From: Armatimonadota bacterium
GTDB lineage: Bacteria; Armatimonadota; UBA5829; DSUL01
DNA length: 64,000 nucleotides
Direction: 5' to 3'
NCBI GenBank assembly: GCA_039811685.1
Contig: JBDHZC010000001.1
Location: forward strand, 672,001 to 736,000
A program made the translations under genes and the position numbers. Each line of letters opens with the position of its first letter. Positions within the stretch are counted from its first letter, which is position 1. Positions 20,847-30,209 of this stretch are shown one piece after another. The notes beneath the pieces are model-generated. The model made no database searches, was not told the DNA's origin, and saw only the letters and a list, made by a program, of their open reading frames with translations.

Positions 20847-21850
20847 GCGCGAGCCTCCCAGCTCTGAACGCCAGACAACTCAAATCCGAACTCTACCACC
20901 TGTCCCCCTGCTCGCTCCAACGCTTCAGCGACTTTGTGTTTCCTCGGAAAATCGCAATAAAACAGCAGGTATCCACCGCCACCCGCCCCTAGAACTTTTC
21001 CACCAATCGCGCCCGCCTGTCTGCCTACTTCATACAGATCGTCTATCTGCGAGTTGGATATTTGCGGGTCCAGCTTTTTCTTGGCCTCCCAGGCAACGTG
21101 CAACAGATCTCCGAAGTCTCTCAATCGACCACGCAGGAGATGGTTCTTCATCTCCGTGGCAATGACTTTGGACTGATCCAGACTCTGGATGACCTGATCC
21201 GCGTGAGCCGTAGCGGCCCCGATCTGTCTGTCCAGAATGTTTGCCGAAGGTCTCGTCTTGCCGGTATAGCAGAGAAGTAGATTGTACTGGAGCTCGTTCA
21301 GACTCTGGGATGGGATACGAAGTGGATTGACAACGACCGCATTTGCACTGAACTCAATGAAATTGAACCCACCAAATGCGGCCGCATACTGGTCCTGCAT
21401 GCCACCCTTAATGCCTACGTCCATGCGCTCGATCTTGTAAGCGACCTGTGCGAGTTCATAGGTGGAGAGAGGCTCCCGGTACAGTGCGGCCAGAGCGCCA
21501 AGCAGAGCCACGACCATGGTAGAGGAGGAGCCCAGGCCGGACCCGGGAGGTGCATCTGAGTGCAGAAAGAGATCCATCCCGCGCCCGTTACCAAAGTGGT
21601 TGATGGCCCCCTTTACAATGTCCAGCTCCCCGTCGTAGACAAACTCTCTGTCAGCGTTGTACTTGGCTACGATGTCGTAGTCCAGGCTCGTTACGGAGAT
21701 CTCGCTGGTGTTCGTCTGATTGACTGTGGCGTAGGCGTACTTGTTAATGGTCGTAGACAGCACAACGCCACCCCGCTCTTCAAGGTAAGGAGAGACGTCC
21801 GTTCCTCCTCCTGCAAAGCTGATGCGCAGCGGGGCTTTACTTCGAATCAT
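20843..21850 (-). CDS. hddA: GHMP kinase, D-glycero-alpha-D-manno-heptose-7-phosphate kinase (HddA)-like
   Basis: APLRISFAGGGTD, PPGSGLGSSS, GGMQDQYAAAFGG and GGKVLGAGGGG motifs. Confidence 0.8.
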   Translation of the reverse strand: MIRSKAPLRISFAGGGTDVSPYLEERGGVVLSTTINKYAYATVNQTNTSEISVTSLDYDIVAKYNADREFVYDGELDIVKGAINHFGNGRGMDLFLHSDAPPGSGLGSSSTMVVALLGALAALYREPLSTYELAQVAYKIERMDVGIKGGMQDQYAAAFGGFNFIEFSANAVVVNPLRIPSQSLNELQYNLLLCYTGKTRPSANILDRQIGAATAHADQVIQSLDQSKVIATEMKNHLLRGRLRDFGDLLHVAWEAKKKLDPQISNSQIDDLYEVGRQAGAIGGKVLGAGGGGYLLFYCDFPRKHKVAEALERAGGQVVEFGFELSGVQSWEARA

Positions 21851-22353
21851 GCAGTCCTCCCGATTCCAATCGTTCTCCAGGCGGCGCCCGTCCGGACTCA
21901 GAGAACTAATCTTCTACAACAGCCTGTAGAACCCTGCCACCCGAGGAGTCAATCTCAGGACTGGCCACCACTTGTTAGTATCCGTACACGGCGCAAGATG
22001 CGGGCATCTTTTTCTCAACGGAGCGACAAAGAACGACTCCAGCATTTCCGCGGACGAAAGGTGTCTCACGCCAGGAAGCGGGCATCGTCGCTCCAGAAGC
22101 GAAAATCCAGACAGGAGAGTGAGCAGACTTCCGGAAGCCTTCTTCGTTGTCCAGAGGTGTACTCCAAGAACGCGGCCCGAAATTTCCATCAGGGATATCT
22201 ACGCAGGCTTGTCTCTGCCAGTTTCCACATCAGCTCTGTGAATTGGCGGAAACAGGTCACTCAGCGTGGCGCCCCAAGGCTGTGAACCCGATGACAAGGG
22301 GTCTCCATCACTGTCGGTGAGCAGGCGCATCAGGACATACGCGCCTTGTGGGC

Positions 22354-24534
22354 TCAGCGCACGCGAATCGAGCAGCGAAGGTTACGCGTCTCTCCAGGCT
22401 GCAAGTTGGTAAGAGTCCAGGTCACCTTGCTGGTTGTCTCCGAATACACTCCCGATGGAACAGCGCTACCGGCAATGTAGTCTGTTCCGGCTGGTATGTC
22501 GAAAGAGACATCCGCTTTGGCGACTGCGTCCACGCTTTTGTTTTTGCAGGCGATGTTGTAGACAACTGTCTGTCCGGGCTGGGCGCTTCCGGAATCACTG
22601 GTCACGCGCATGTCGATCGGATTGGGCGCAGGCGGTGATGATGCCAGTATCGCGTGCCCTTTGGGCATGTCGATAACCGTCAGTGAATGCGCAGGGAAGA
22701 CATACGTGAAAGCAGAGTCGTCCAACTGAAGCGCGCTCTGCGTGGTCTGCACAGTAGACGGGTTGTCTTCGTTATAGGCTTCCATTCCCGCGCTGCTGTT
22801 GAGCGTGTAGACCGTGGCAGAGGTTTCTGGCGTGAAGCCACCGAGAGTGATTGCAGCTGACTCAGCGACGGAAGGCGATGAGTTCACAACAAACAGCTTG
22901 ACTGAACCATCCAGAGGATTGCGCACGGCGACGGCGTCCAGATTCGACTGGGCTGTCATAGTGAGTGGTAGCAGGTCCCCGCGACCCAGCGTGCTGTACA
23001 GCTTCATCGCAAGATAGGTTGGAGTCACTCCAACTCGGTTTCGCCCGTCCAGCGCAGTGTCGTCGAAGACCATTCTCATAAGGCTCGTTTCAAACCACGC
23101 TCCTGCTTCGGCAAAGTATATCTGATGCACTGCCATCATCCCGAGCCGCAGATAAACATTCATGAGCCTTGCAATGGCTAATCCCGACTTCAACCGGTGT
23201 TCGTGCACTTTGTACTTTTCATCTGCACCGAAGTAGAGTCCGTACTTCACGTTCGATTCAGTGATCATCACAGGCTTGAGATAGTCCTGCATGAAGGGCC
23301 TTGTCACCTGTTCCAGTTGCGTCTGCATAGCAAAAAGCTGAGCGTATTCGCTGTTCGGGTTAGTGAGGTTTGGTTCGTCGGGGCTGTTTTCGACGTGCCA
23401 GATAATGAAGTCCGCGGCGTTGTAAGCAGTCGAATAGTTACCCGGAGTCCCCAGAACTCCTTTGGTCCAGTCTGCGTGTGAAGGGTAGTAGTTGCGCCAT
23501 CCAGAATAACGCGGTCCCGGTACGGCGATTCCGCATTTGATGGTCGGATCAATTGCCTTCATCTTGTTCACGATCTTGACGAAGTTGTCCCTGTACGCTG
23601 GAGGGTCGGCCCAGACATTGCGTGGCGTGCGGCCCCACCACGCGTGAATTTCGTTGCCAATCTCCCAGTATTTGACGTTGTACGGCTCAGCGTGCCCGAA
23701 GTATTCGCGGAGCCACGCGAAATATCCCGCTGGCGCGGCTTCCGTCGACAGCCATGACCTTCCGGGTACTGCTATCTCCTCCGCCGGCAGCAGCTTCCAA
23801 AAGCTGGCGTAGCGGTTGTCAAAGCCAGGCCGGTTGATGTCAGATCCCCGATGCGGCTGAATGCACTGGTACAGACCACCGTGCGCATCACCCGCCCGCA
23901 CTTTGTCCCCAAACTGATACATCGTACCCGCCTGCCAGAGCGGAAATCCAATTGCTGAGGGACTGAAAGTAGTCGGCTGCCATCCGCGCTGTTGACCGTA
24001 GGCAAGGCCCGGACTCTGTCCGTTACAGTACTCAACCCAGTTCGCACAGAGTTGATCTCCGATTGGAGCGTTTGGGACGTGGGCTCGTTCGGCCAGGTAC
24101 GGAGCCACTATAACAGGCTCCGCCTGAATGGCACGGCACACGGAGATGAACTCGTCTGTCCCAAAGTCGTTGGTCCAAATCGTGTTCGTGTAGTGAGAAA
24201 ACGCCCGTCCCGGGCGGTCGACAAAAGGCCCGATGCCATCTCTGAAGTTGTAGACGTTATCTCCGTGGAAGCGCAGTGTAGAAAGCTTCATTTCACGGGC
24301 TTTTTGCAGGACGAACTCGCTGTACTTCAGCGGTTGGTTCAGCCGCCCATAGCTGTTTTCCATGATGCCCGCTCCCTGTCGAGGCCAGGGAATCTGAGAA
24401 CCGTAGACGAGCGGACTGATTGGCTTGCCAGCTGCGGAGGCGTCGACAGTGATGCCCGCTGACGCAGGGGCGGCAATCAGACAGACGAACGCGCAGGCCA
24501 GGGCCGTTTTTGGGGCGTGGACAGTGTGGGGCAT
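22354..24534 (-). CDS. secreted GH51-like (clan GH-A) glycoside hydrolase with an internal CBM5/12-like insert and a C-terminal DUF11-like domain
   Basis: Signal peptide; NDFGTDEF, WVEYCN, PYNVKYWEIGNE, ITESN, YVFPAHSLTVI; C-terminal PGQTVVYNI..IPAGTDYIAGS..VTWTLTNLQPGE. Confidence 0.75.
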   Translation of the reverse strand: MPHTVHAPKTALACAFVCLIAAPASAGITVDASAAGKPISPLVYGSQIPWPRQGAGIMENSYGRLNQPLKYSEFVLQKAREMKLSTLRFHGDNVYNFRDGIGPFVDRPGRAFSHYTNTIWTNDFGTDEFISVCRAIQAEPVIVAPYLAERAHVPNAPIGDQLCANWVEYCNGQSPGLAYGQQRGWQPTTFSPSAIGFPLWQAGTMYQFGDKVRAGDAHGGLYQCIQPHRGSDINRPGFDNRYASFWKLLPAEEIAVPGRSWLSTEAAPAGYFAWLREYFGHAEPYNVKYWEIGNEIHAWWGRTPRNVWADPPAYRDNFVKIVNKMKAIDPTIKCGIAVPGPRYSGWRNYYPSHADWTKGVLGTPGNYSTAYNAADFIIWHVENSPDEPNLTNPNSEYAQLFAMQTQLEQVTRPFMQDYLKPVMITESNVKYGLYFGADEKYKVHEHRLKSGLAIARLMNVYLRLGMMAVHQIYFAEAGAWFETSLMRMVFDDTALDGRNRVGVTPTYLAMKLYSTLGRGDLLPLTMTAQSNLDAVAVRNPLDGSVKLFVVNSSPSVAESAAITLGGFTPETSATVYTLNSSAGMEAYNEDNPSTVQTTQSALQLDDSAFTYVFPAHSLTVIDMPKGHAILASSPPAPNPIDMRVTSDSGSAQPGQTVVYNIACKNKSVDAVAKADVSFDIPAGTDYIAGSAVPSGVYSETTSKVTWTLTNLQPGETRNLRCSIRVR

Positions 24535-24873
24535 GAAAATCACCTTCTACAGGGGTTATGCCAGATATCCCTCGTCGAAAAAACCCGGCGTACTACGAGG
24601 ATTTGACGCCCGTGACTCGGTTTCCGTCACACTCTGCTACGCCCAGGGATGAAACACCTTCGAACATTAGCCGCTACTCTGGAGCAACCCGTGAATTTTT
24701 GTCAGTTCTCTGGAAAAAACGGCCAGCGCAACTTCAGTCAGAATAGTTGATTCTCACGCGATGTTACGTGCGCGCGAGAGCTATTGTTGGTCTCGCACCT
24801 CATCCACAAACAATTAGGGAAGCACTAGATTATCGAGGCTTGCGCATGCACACGCAGCAGATACCACTAGGAT

Positions 24874-25311
24874 TCAGGCAGGCGGTTCAAGCTGTGATGT
24901 GCAGTGCGGGCAGCGAGTCGCCTTTGCAGGCACCGAACTCAGGCAAAACGGACATGTGGATTCGGAAGGGGCTGCTTCAGGTTGTTTGCGCATTGCGTTA
25001 ACGGCCTTGACGATGAAGAACAGCACAAGCGAGACAATCAGAAAGTTGATGAGCGTATTCAAGAACTGTCCGTATCTGATAACAGGCGCCCCAGCCCCGA
25101 CGGCTTCACCCAGGCTGGCATATTCCTTCCCGGAGAGGTTGACGTACAGGTTCGAGAAGTCCACATGCCCCAGTATTAGTCCAATGGGAGGAGTGATAAC
25201 GTCTGCAACCAGTGACGAGACAACAGCCCCAAAGGCCACACCCAGGATAATGCCAATGGCCATATCCAGCATGTTGCCCTTCATAATGAACTCTTTGAAC
25301 TCTTTGATCAT
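24874..25311 (-). CDS. mscL: large-conductance mechanosensitive channel with a C-terminal zinc ribbon
   Basis: MIKEFKEFIMKGNMLDMAIGIILG, YGQFLNTLINF and CPFC..CPHC; start after AGGAG. Confidence 0.95.
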   Translation of the reverse strand: MIKEFKEFIMKGNMLDMAIGIILGVAFGAVVSSLVADVITPPIGLILGHVDFSNLYVNLSGKEYASLGEAVGAGAPVIRYGQFLNTLINFLIVSLVLFFIVKAVNAMRKQPEAAPSESTCPFCLSSVPAKATRCPHCTSQLEPPA

Positions 25312-25473
25312 GTCTTGACTCCTGCTTCTATGAAGGTAGAACGCCACGCCGTTTTCAGCCCGACCTACCAGGTGTACGCAACGGAAGCTGAAACTCTTTG
25401 GCGTATTCTATCACTGCCCCGGCCTTGCGCCAAGTCCGCAGGCGAATTCGCAGAGTGTGAGGAATGTTAGGGC

Positions 25474-25746
25474 ATGCATAGCCTGGATGGTAAAAAGGTC
25501 TATCTGAAGTTCGACAGCGGAAAGGGCGGTGAGGGTGATTATCGCATCGTTTCCGTTGAGGGCGGGTTGATGAAGGTGCGCGCGATTGATCCCGACCTGG
25601 GCGAAGAAGCCGACGCGTTCTGGTTTCCCATTACTCACGTCTTTACGATCCGTGAAAAGCCCGAAACAGAGGAGCGCGGCGGGCGCTTTCACGACGATAT
25701 TCTGGAGGCCTGGTCACGGCTCGGCGACGAGGAAGGACCGGATTAG
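25474..25746 (+). CDS. hypothetical protein (90 aa)
   Basis: ATG ORF with protein-like composition filling the intergenic space. Confidence 0.65.
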   Translation: MHSLDGKKVYLKFDSGKGGEGDYRIVSVEGGLMKVRAIDPDLGEEADAFWFPITHVFTIREKPETEERGGRFHDDILEAWSRLGDEEGPD

Positions 25747-25802
25747 CTGCACGGCAGATAGAGGGTTGCCACGGCTGCGGGTGTAATCAAGGGACGAACT
25801 CC

Positions 25803-26729
25803 CTACGCACGCCTCTGAACGCCAACAGTAGCCAGCGCGCATCCGGTTTCTGCTGAGCAGGCGTGGCTTTCAATCTGAACCGTGGAATGAGTAATTCCGA
25901 AGCGTTCTTCCAGCATCCTTGAAAGCGCTGTGGGCAGGTGTCGGGCGTCGGTGACGTTTTCGTCGATGACCACATGCGCAGTTAGACTGTCCAGACCGCT
26001 GGATATCGACCACACGTGCAAATCGTGTACGGCACTCACGCCCGGTGACTGCTCAAGCGCTCGCTGAATCTCGTCCAGACTGAGACCGTGTGGGACACTC
26101 TCCAGGAGAATGCTCACGCTTTCACTTAGCAGACTCCACGCACGTGGAAGCACCCACAGTCCGATCAGAACGGCAAGAACCGGATCTGTCTGCCACCAAC
26201 CTGTCAGTCTGATGACGACCGCCCCGAGGATCACCGCCAGTGACCCCAGCATGTCACTCAGGACTTCCAGATAGGCTGCTTTCAGATTCAGACTATCGCT
26301 GGCGCCAGACTGCAGAACCCGCCAACTTGTGAAGTTGGCAATGAGACCCACAACGGCGACGCCAAGCATCCATCCACTTTTGAGCTCCGCAGGGCTGTGA
26401 AGTCTCCGGTATGCTTCGACAAGAATCAAAAAACCAACAACGATCAGCACGGCCGCGTTCACGGCAGCCGCCAGTATCTCAAAACGGTAGTATCCGTACG
26501 TGCGGTGACTGTCTGCCGGCCGCCTGGCCAGCCTGAGCGCGACGATTGCGATCACCAACGCTGAAGCATCGGTAAACATGTGAGCGGCGTCAGACAGCAG
26601 TGCAAGTGACCCGGTGAATATTCCGGCCGCGATTTCAACAGCGAGGTAGGTTGCAGTGACTGCCAGAGCAATGCGGAGGGCGCGCTCTGATGCACCCGCG
26701 GTATGACTGTGCGTATGTTCCGAACTCAT
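25803..26729 (-). CDS. cation diffusion facilitator (CzcD/ZitB-like Zn/Co/Cd exporter)
   Basis: SLALLSDAAHMFTD, RTYGYYRFEILAA, VHDLHVW and HSTVQIE motifs. Confidence 0.93.
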   Translation of the reverse strand: MSSEHTHSHTAGASERALRIALAVTATYLAVEIAAGIFTGSLALLSDAAHMFTDASALVIAIVALRLARRPADSHRTYGYYRFEILAAAVNAAVLIVVGFLILVEAYRRLHSPAELKSGWMLGVAVVGLIANFTSWRVLQSGASDSLNLKAAYLEVLSDMLGSLAVILGAVVIRLTGWWQTDPVLAVLIGLWVLPRAWSLLSESVSILLESVPHGLSLDEIQRALEQSPGVSAVHDLHVWSISSGLDSLTAHVVIDENVTDARHLPTALSRMLEERFGITHSTVQIESHACSAETGCALATVGVQRRA

Positions 26730-26889
26730 AGATGCCCTGCTGAGAGGTGGATTGTAGTTTCTTTTACCCGTAAAAGCTCACGCCAGGCAGCCGTCCACGC
26801 CATAGAAACTATCTTGCGGGCCAACGATCTCGATAGCTTGCAGGACTCTTGCGCGTGCTCCACACAGGTCAAACAGGCGAAAGCAGGAA

Positions 26890-27957
26890 TCAGGCCCCGG
26901 AAGTGACCGGTAGAGATCTGAGGCTATCTGCGGCGAGATGAATGAGTTCCACCGTTTTCTCCCATCCGATGCAGCCGTCCGTGATCGACACTCCGTACTG
27001 CAACTTGGATTTGTCCGCGGGTATCTTCTGACTGCCTTCGCTGAGGTTGCTCTCCAGCATCATACCCAGAAGATTCTCTCCTCCCGAGACAATCTGATCG
27101 ACTACACTCCTCCACACCTCTTCCTGCCGCCAATACTGCTTGTTGGAATTGGCATGGCTGCAATCCACCATCACCCGGTGAGTGATTCCCCGCTTGCGAA
27201 ACTGCTCAGCAGCCGCGGCGATGCTGGCGCTGTCGTAATTAGGACCAGACCTGCCACCGCGCAAAATCAGATGCCCGAGCGGATTGCCTTTTGTATTGAC
27301 AATGCACGTCTGCCCGTCCATATCAATGCCCAGAAAACTGTGAGAGTGGCGTGATGCTTCAACGGCATCAATAGCCGTCTGGATATCTCCATCCGTGCTG
27401 TTTTTGTATCCGATAGGCATGGAGAGACCGCTGGCCATCTGACGATGAGTCTGCGACTCCGTAGTCCGTGCGCCTATGGAGGCCCAGGTCACGAGGTCTG
27501 AGAAGTAAGGCGGGCTGATCGGGTCAAGCATTTCGGTGCCTGCTGGCAATCCCATTTCCCCGAGCTGAAGAATCAGCTTTCTAGCCTTTCGCAAACCCGA
27601 TGCAATGTCAAAGGTGCCATCCATGTTTGGGTCGTTGATGAGCCCCTTCCAGCCGATTGTTGTACGAGGTTTCTCGAAATACACCCGCATTACAATCATC
27701 AACTGATCGCTAACCTCTCTGGACAACTTCAGGAGGCGCTCTGCGTATTCGAGAGCCGCGACCTCATCGTGGATAGAACACGGGCCAACTACGACAAGCA
27801 GGCGCGAGTCTTCACCCCGCAGCATACGCGCAATTGCAGCGCGCCCCTCGATGACAGTGCGGTTAACAGCCTCGCTTTGGGGAAGCTCATCCCGGAGGGC
27901 ACGCGGAGGGACGAGTGGCACAGTGCTAACGATGTTGATGAACTGAGTGGTCTGCAA
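26890..27957 (-). CDS. 3-deoxy-7-phosphoheptulonate (DAHP) synthase, type I-alpha (AroG/F/H-like)
   Basis: GPCSIHD, RVYFEKPRT, IGARTTESQ, DCSHANS and SITDGC motifs; start placed at TTG 27957, downstream of a TG-n-TATAAT at 28046-28054. Confidence 0.93.
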   Translation of the reverse strand: MQTTQFINIVSTVPLVPPRALRDELPQSEAVNRTVIEGRAAIARMLRGEDSRLLVVVGPCSIHDEVAALEYAERLLKLSREVSDQLMIVMRVYFEKPRTTIGWKGLINDPNMDGTFDIASGLRKARKLILQLGEMGLPAGTEMLDPISPPYFSDLVTWASIGARTTESQTHRQMASGLSMPIGYKNSTDGDIQTAIDAVEASRHSHSFLGIDMDGQTCIVNTKGNPLGHLILRGGRSGPNYDSASIAAAAEQFRKRGITHRVMVDCSHANSNKQYWRQEEVWRSVVDQIVSGGENLLGMMLESNLSEGSQKIPADKSKLQYGVSITDGCIGWEKTVELIHLAADSLRSLPVTSGA

Positions 27958-28195
27958 ACTGGGAATGCCTTTGCGCGAGATTTCTGCCCCCTGCACTGAC
28001 CGTGAAAGAACGCAGAAAGCAGTGAAGTAACTCTTTTCTTCTTTTATTATATCAAACTGTTGGTGTCTTCTCCGCAGGTCTGCCCGGGCGGGCAGATTCT
28101 GGGAAGACTCAGTCGCCGCCAGCCGCAGCAAAATTGGTAGTATCCTGTGCGATTATGCTACACTCGGTGTTGCCATTCTTGAAGGAGGAGCCGTT

Positions 28196-29287
28196 TTGGG
28201 TGCCTTAGCCGCAAACGAAAACGTGCGCAAGCTCATTCCCTATGTCGCTGGAAAGCCCGTTGAGGAAGTCGAGCGCGAACTGGGGATTACGAACATTGTC
28301 AAACTGGCGTCCAATGAGAGCCCGCTGGGGCCTTCCCCGCGAGCGCTGGAAGCCGCTCGTCGGGCGCTGGAAAACGTCCGGATGTACCCGGAAGGGTCCT
28401 GCCACGTACTTCGCGAAAAGCTGAGCGCGCATCTTGGCGTTCCGCAACAGGCTCTGATGTTCGGAAATGGGTCTGACGATCTCATCCACTGTCTTGGGCT
28501 GGTCTTTCTCCAGGCGGGCGATGAGGTTGTCACAGGGTCTCCGACTTTTGTTCGCTACGAAGCGGCGGCTACACTCGCAGGAGCAAGGTATGTGGAAGTG
28601 CCGTTGCGCAACTACACTTATGACCTGGAGGCCCTGGCGGATGCGTTCACGGACCGGACCAGACTGGTGTTTGTAGCCAATCCCAACAATCCAACCGGCA
28701 CATCCAACTCGGCGGCAGAGGTAGACCGGCTCCTGCAGCGCCTTCCGGAGCGCGCTCTGCTGGTGCTGGATGAGGCTTATTATGAGTACGTCGAGCGAAC
28801 GGATTACCCGGACGCTATCAAATCCGCGCTGGAAGGAAAGAGAGTCGTAGTACTCAGGACGTTCTCCAAAATCCACGCCCTGGCGGGTCTGCGAGTGGGC
28901 TACGGGATCGCGTCTGAGGAGATTGTCGGCTATGTCGATCAGGTTCGGGAGCCGTTCAACGTGAACAGCGTGGCTCAGTATGCCGCCGCAGCCAGTGTTG
29001 ACGATGTTGACCACCTGCAGCAGAGCAAAAGCGTAAATGCAGCCGGAAAGAAGCAGTTTTATGCGGCTTTTGACCAACTGAGACTGACCCATGCCCGGTC
29101 TGATGCGAATTTCGTGTACGTGGATCTCGGCCGGGACGCATCAGTAGTCGCGGAGGCGCTGCTGCGCAAAGGCGTCATAATCCGCTCGGGTCGTCTGATG
29201 GGCAATTCCACTTGCGCCCGCGTCACCATCGGGACAGCGCAGGAAAACGAACGATTCATTCAAGCTCTCTCAGAGGTGCTGAGTTGA
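28196..29287 (+). CDS. hisC: histidinol-phosphate / aromatic aminotransferase
   Basis: KLASNESP, NPNNPTG, LDEAYYEY and RTFSKIHALAGLRVGY motifs. Confidence 0.93.
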   Translation: MGALAANENVRKLIPYVAGKPVEEVERELGITNIVKLASNESPLGPSPRALEAARRALENVRMYPEGSCHVLREKLSAHLGVPQQALMFGNGSDDLIHCLGLVFLQAGDEVVTGSPTFVRYEAAATLAGARYVEVPLRNYTYDLEALADAFTDRTRLVFVANPNNPTGTSNSAAEVDRLLQRLPERALLVLDEAYYEYVERTDYPDAIKSALEGKRVVVLRTFSKIHALAGLRVGYGIASEEIVGYVDQVREPFNVNSVAQYAAAASVDDVDHLQQSKSVNAAGKKQFYAAFDQLRLTHARSDANFVYVDLGRDASVVAEALLRKGVIIRSGRLMGNSTCARVTIGTAQENERFIQALSEVLS

Positions 29288-29342
29288 GTGAGCGCAATGT
29301 GCCACCGCGACGGCTGGCACCCAGAGGCTTTCAGCTAGAGCA

Positions 29343-30209
29343 GTGAGTATCAGAACACTTGGAATAGCTGGAGTCGGTCTGATTGGAGGATCAATCGGGC
29401 TGGCTGCCAAAGCACGGGGTCTGGCACAGCGGGTCATTGGCGTTGGCCGGTCCTCGGACCGGTTGAAGGCAGCCAGAGAGGCGGGAGCGATCGATGAGGC
29501 ATCCCTCAACCTGGTTGACGCAGCCCGCAGATGCGACGTGCTCTATCTTGCGACGCCGGTGCAGACAATTATCCAGCAAATCAGAGAGCTTTCGAATGTA
29601 ACAGACTGTAATCTGACTCTAACCGACGGCGGGAGCGCAAAAGCAGCCATCGTGGAGGCGGCAGAGAGCTTACCAGCAAATATCCATTTTGTCGGTGGTC
29701 ATCCGATGGCAGGCTCTGAACAGCGCGGTGTCGAAGCGGCTTCCGCAGATTTATACGATGGAGCCACTTACGTCCTGACTCCGACGCAGTCAACGAATGC
29801 AGCCGCATTGACAACAGTCAGAAATCTCGCGCAGGGACTTGGCGCTGAGGTCCTGGAGATGAGTGCTGAAGCGCACGATGAGACTGTTGCGACAACGAGC
29901 CACATGCCCCATGTGCTGGCTGCCGCTTTGCTGAGGGTTGCAGGTGAAGGCGGGGAGAGTGCGCGCGCTCTGACCGCGGGCAGTTTCCGGGACCTCACAA
30001 GAGTTGCTGATAGTCCTCCGGAGTTGTGGAGCGACATCTGCGCAGTGAACCGCCAGGCGCTTCTTGCAAGTTTGTCTCACTTTCAGAAGGAACTGGATCG
30101 TGTCAGCGGAATGCTACAGGACGGCAATGAGAACACGCTGGAAGAGTGGTTCCAAGAAGCGAGAGACATCTATCGAACATTTCCGGTCCGTAAGGAGCGA
30201 TCCATATGA
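29343..30209 (+). CDS. tyrA: prephenate dehydrogenase
   Basis: GVGLIGGS, FVGGHPMAGSE, SHMPH and SFRDLTRVA motifs. Confidence 0.93.
   Translation: MSIRTLGIAGVGLIGGSIGLAAKARGLAQRVIGVGRSSDRLKAAREAGAIDEASLNLVDAARRCDVLYLATPVQTIIQQIRELSNVTDCNLTLTDGGSAKAAIVEAAESLPANIHFVGGHPMAGSEQRGVEAASADLYDGATYVLTPTQSTNAAALTTVRNLAQGLGAEVLEMSAEAHDETVATTSHMPHVLAAALLRVAGEGGESARALTAGSFRDLTRVADSPPELWSDICAVNRQALLASLSHFQKELDRVSGMLQDGNENTLEEWFQEARDIYRTFPVRKERSI

Noticed and set aside
21851..22353. 500-bp intergenic region before hddA as a JUMPstart/ops element, riboswitch or small gene
   Set aside because: No recognisable motif, and the small ORFs are not convincing
24874..24960. Zinc-ribbon CPFC..CPHC tail on MscL as a novelty
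   Set aside because: A commonly seen MscL variant
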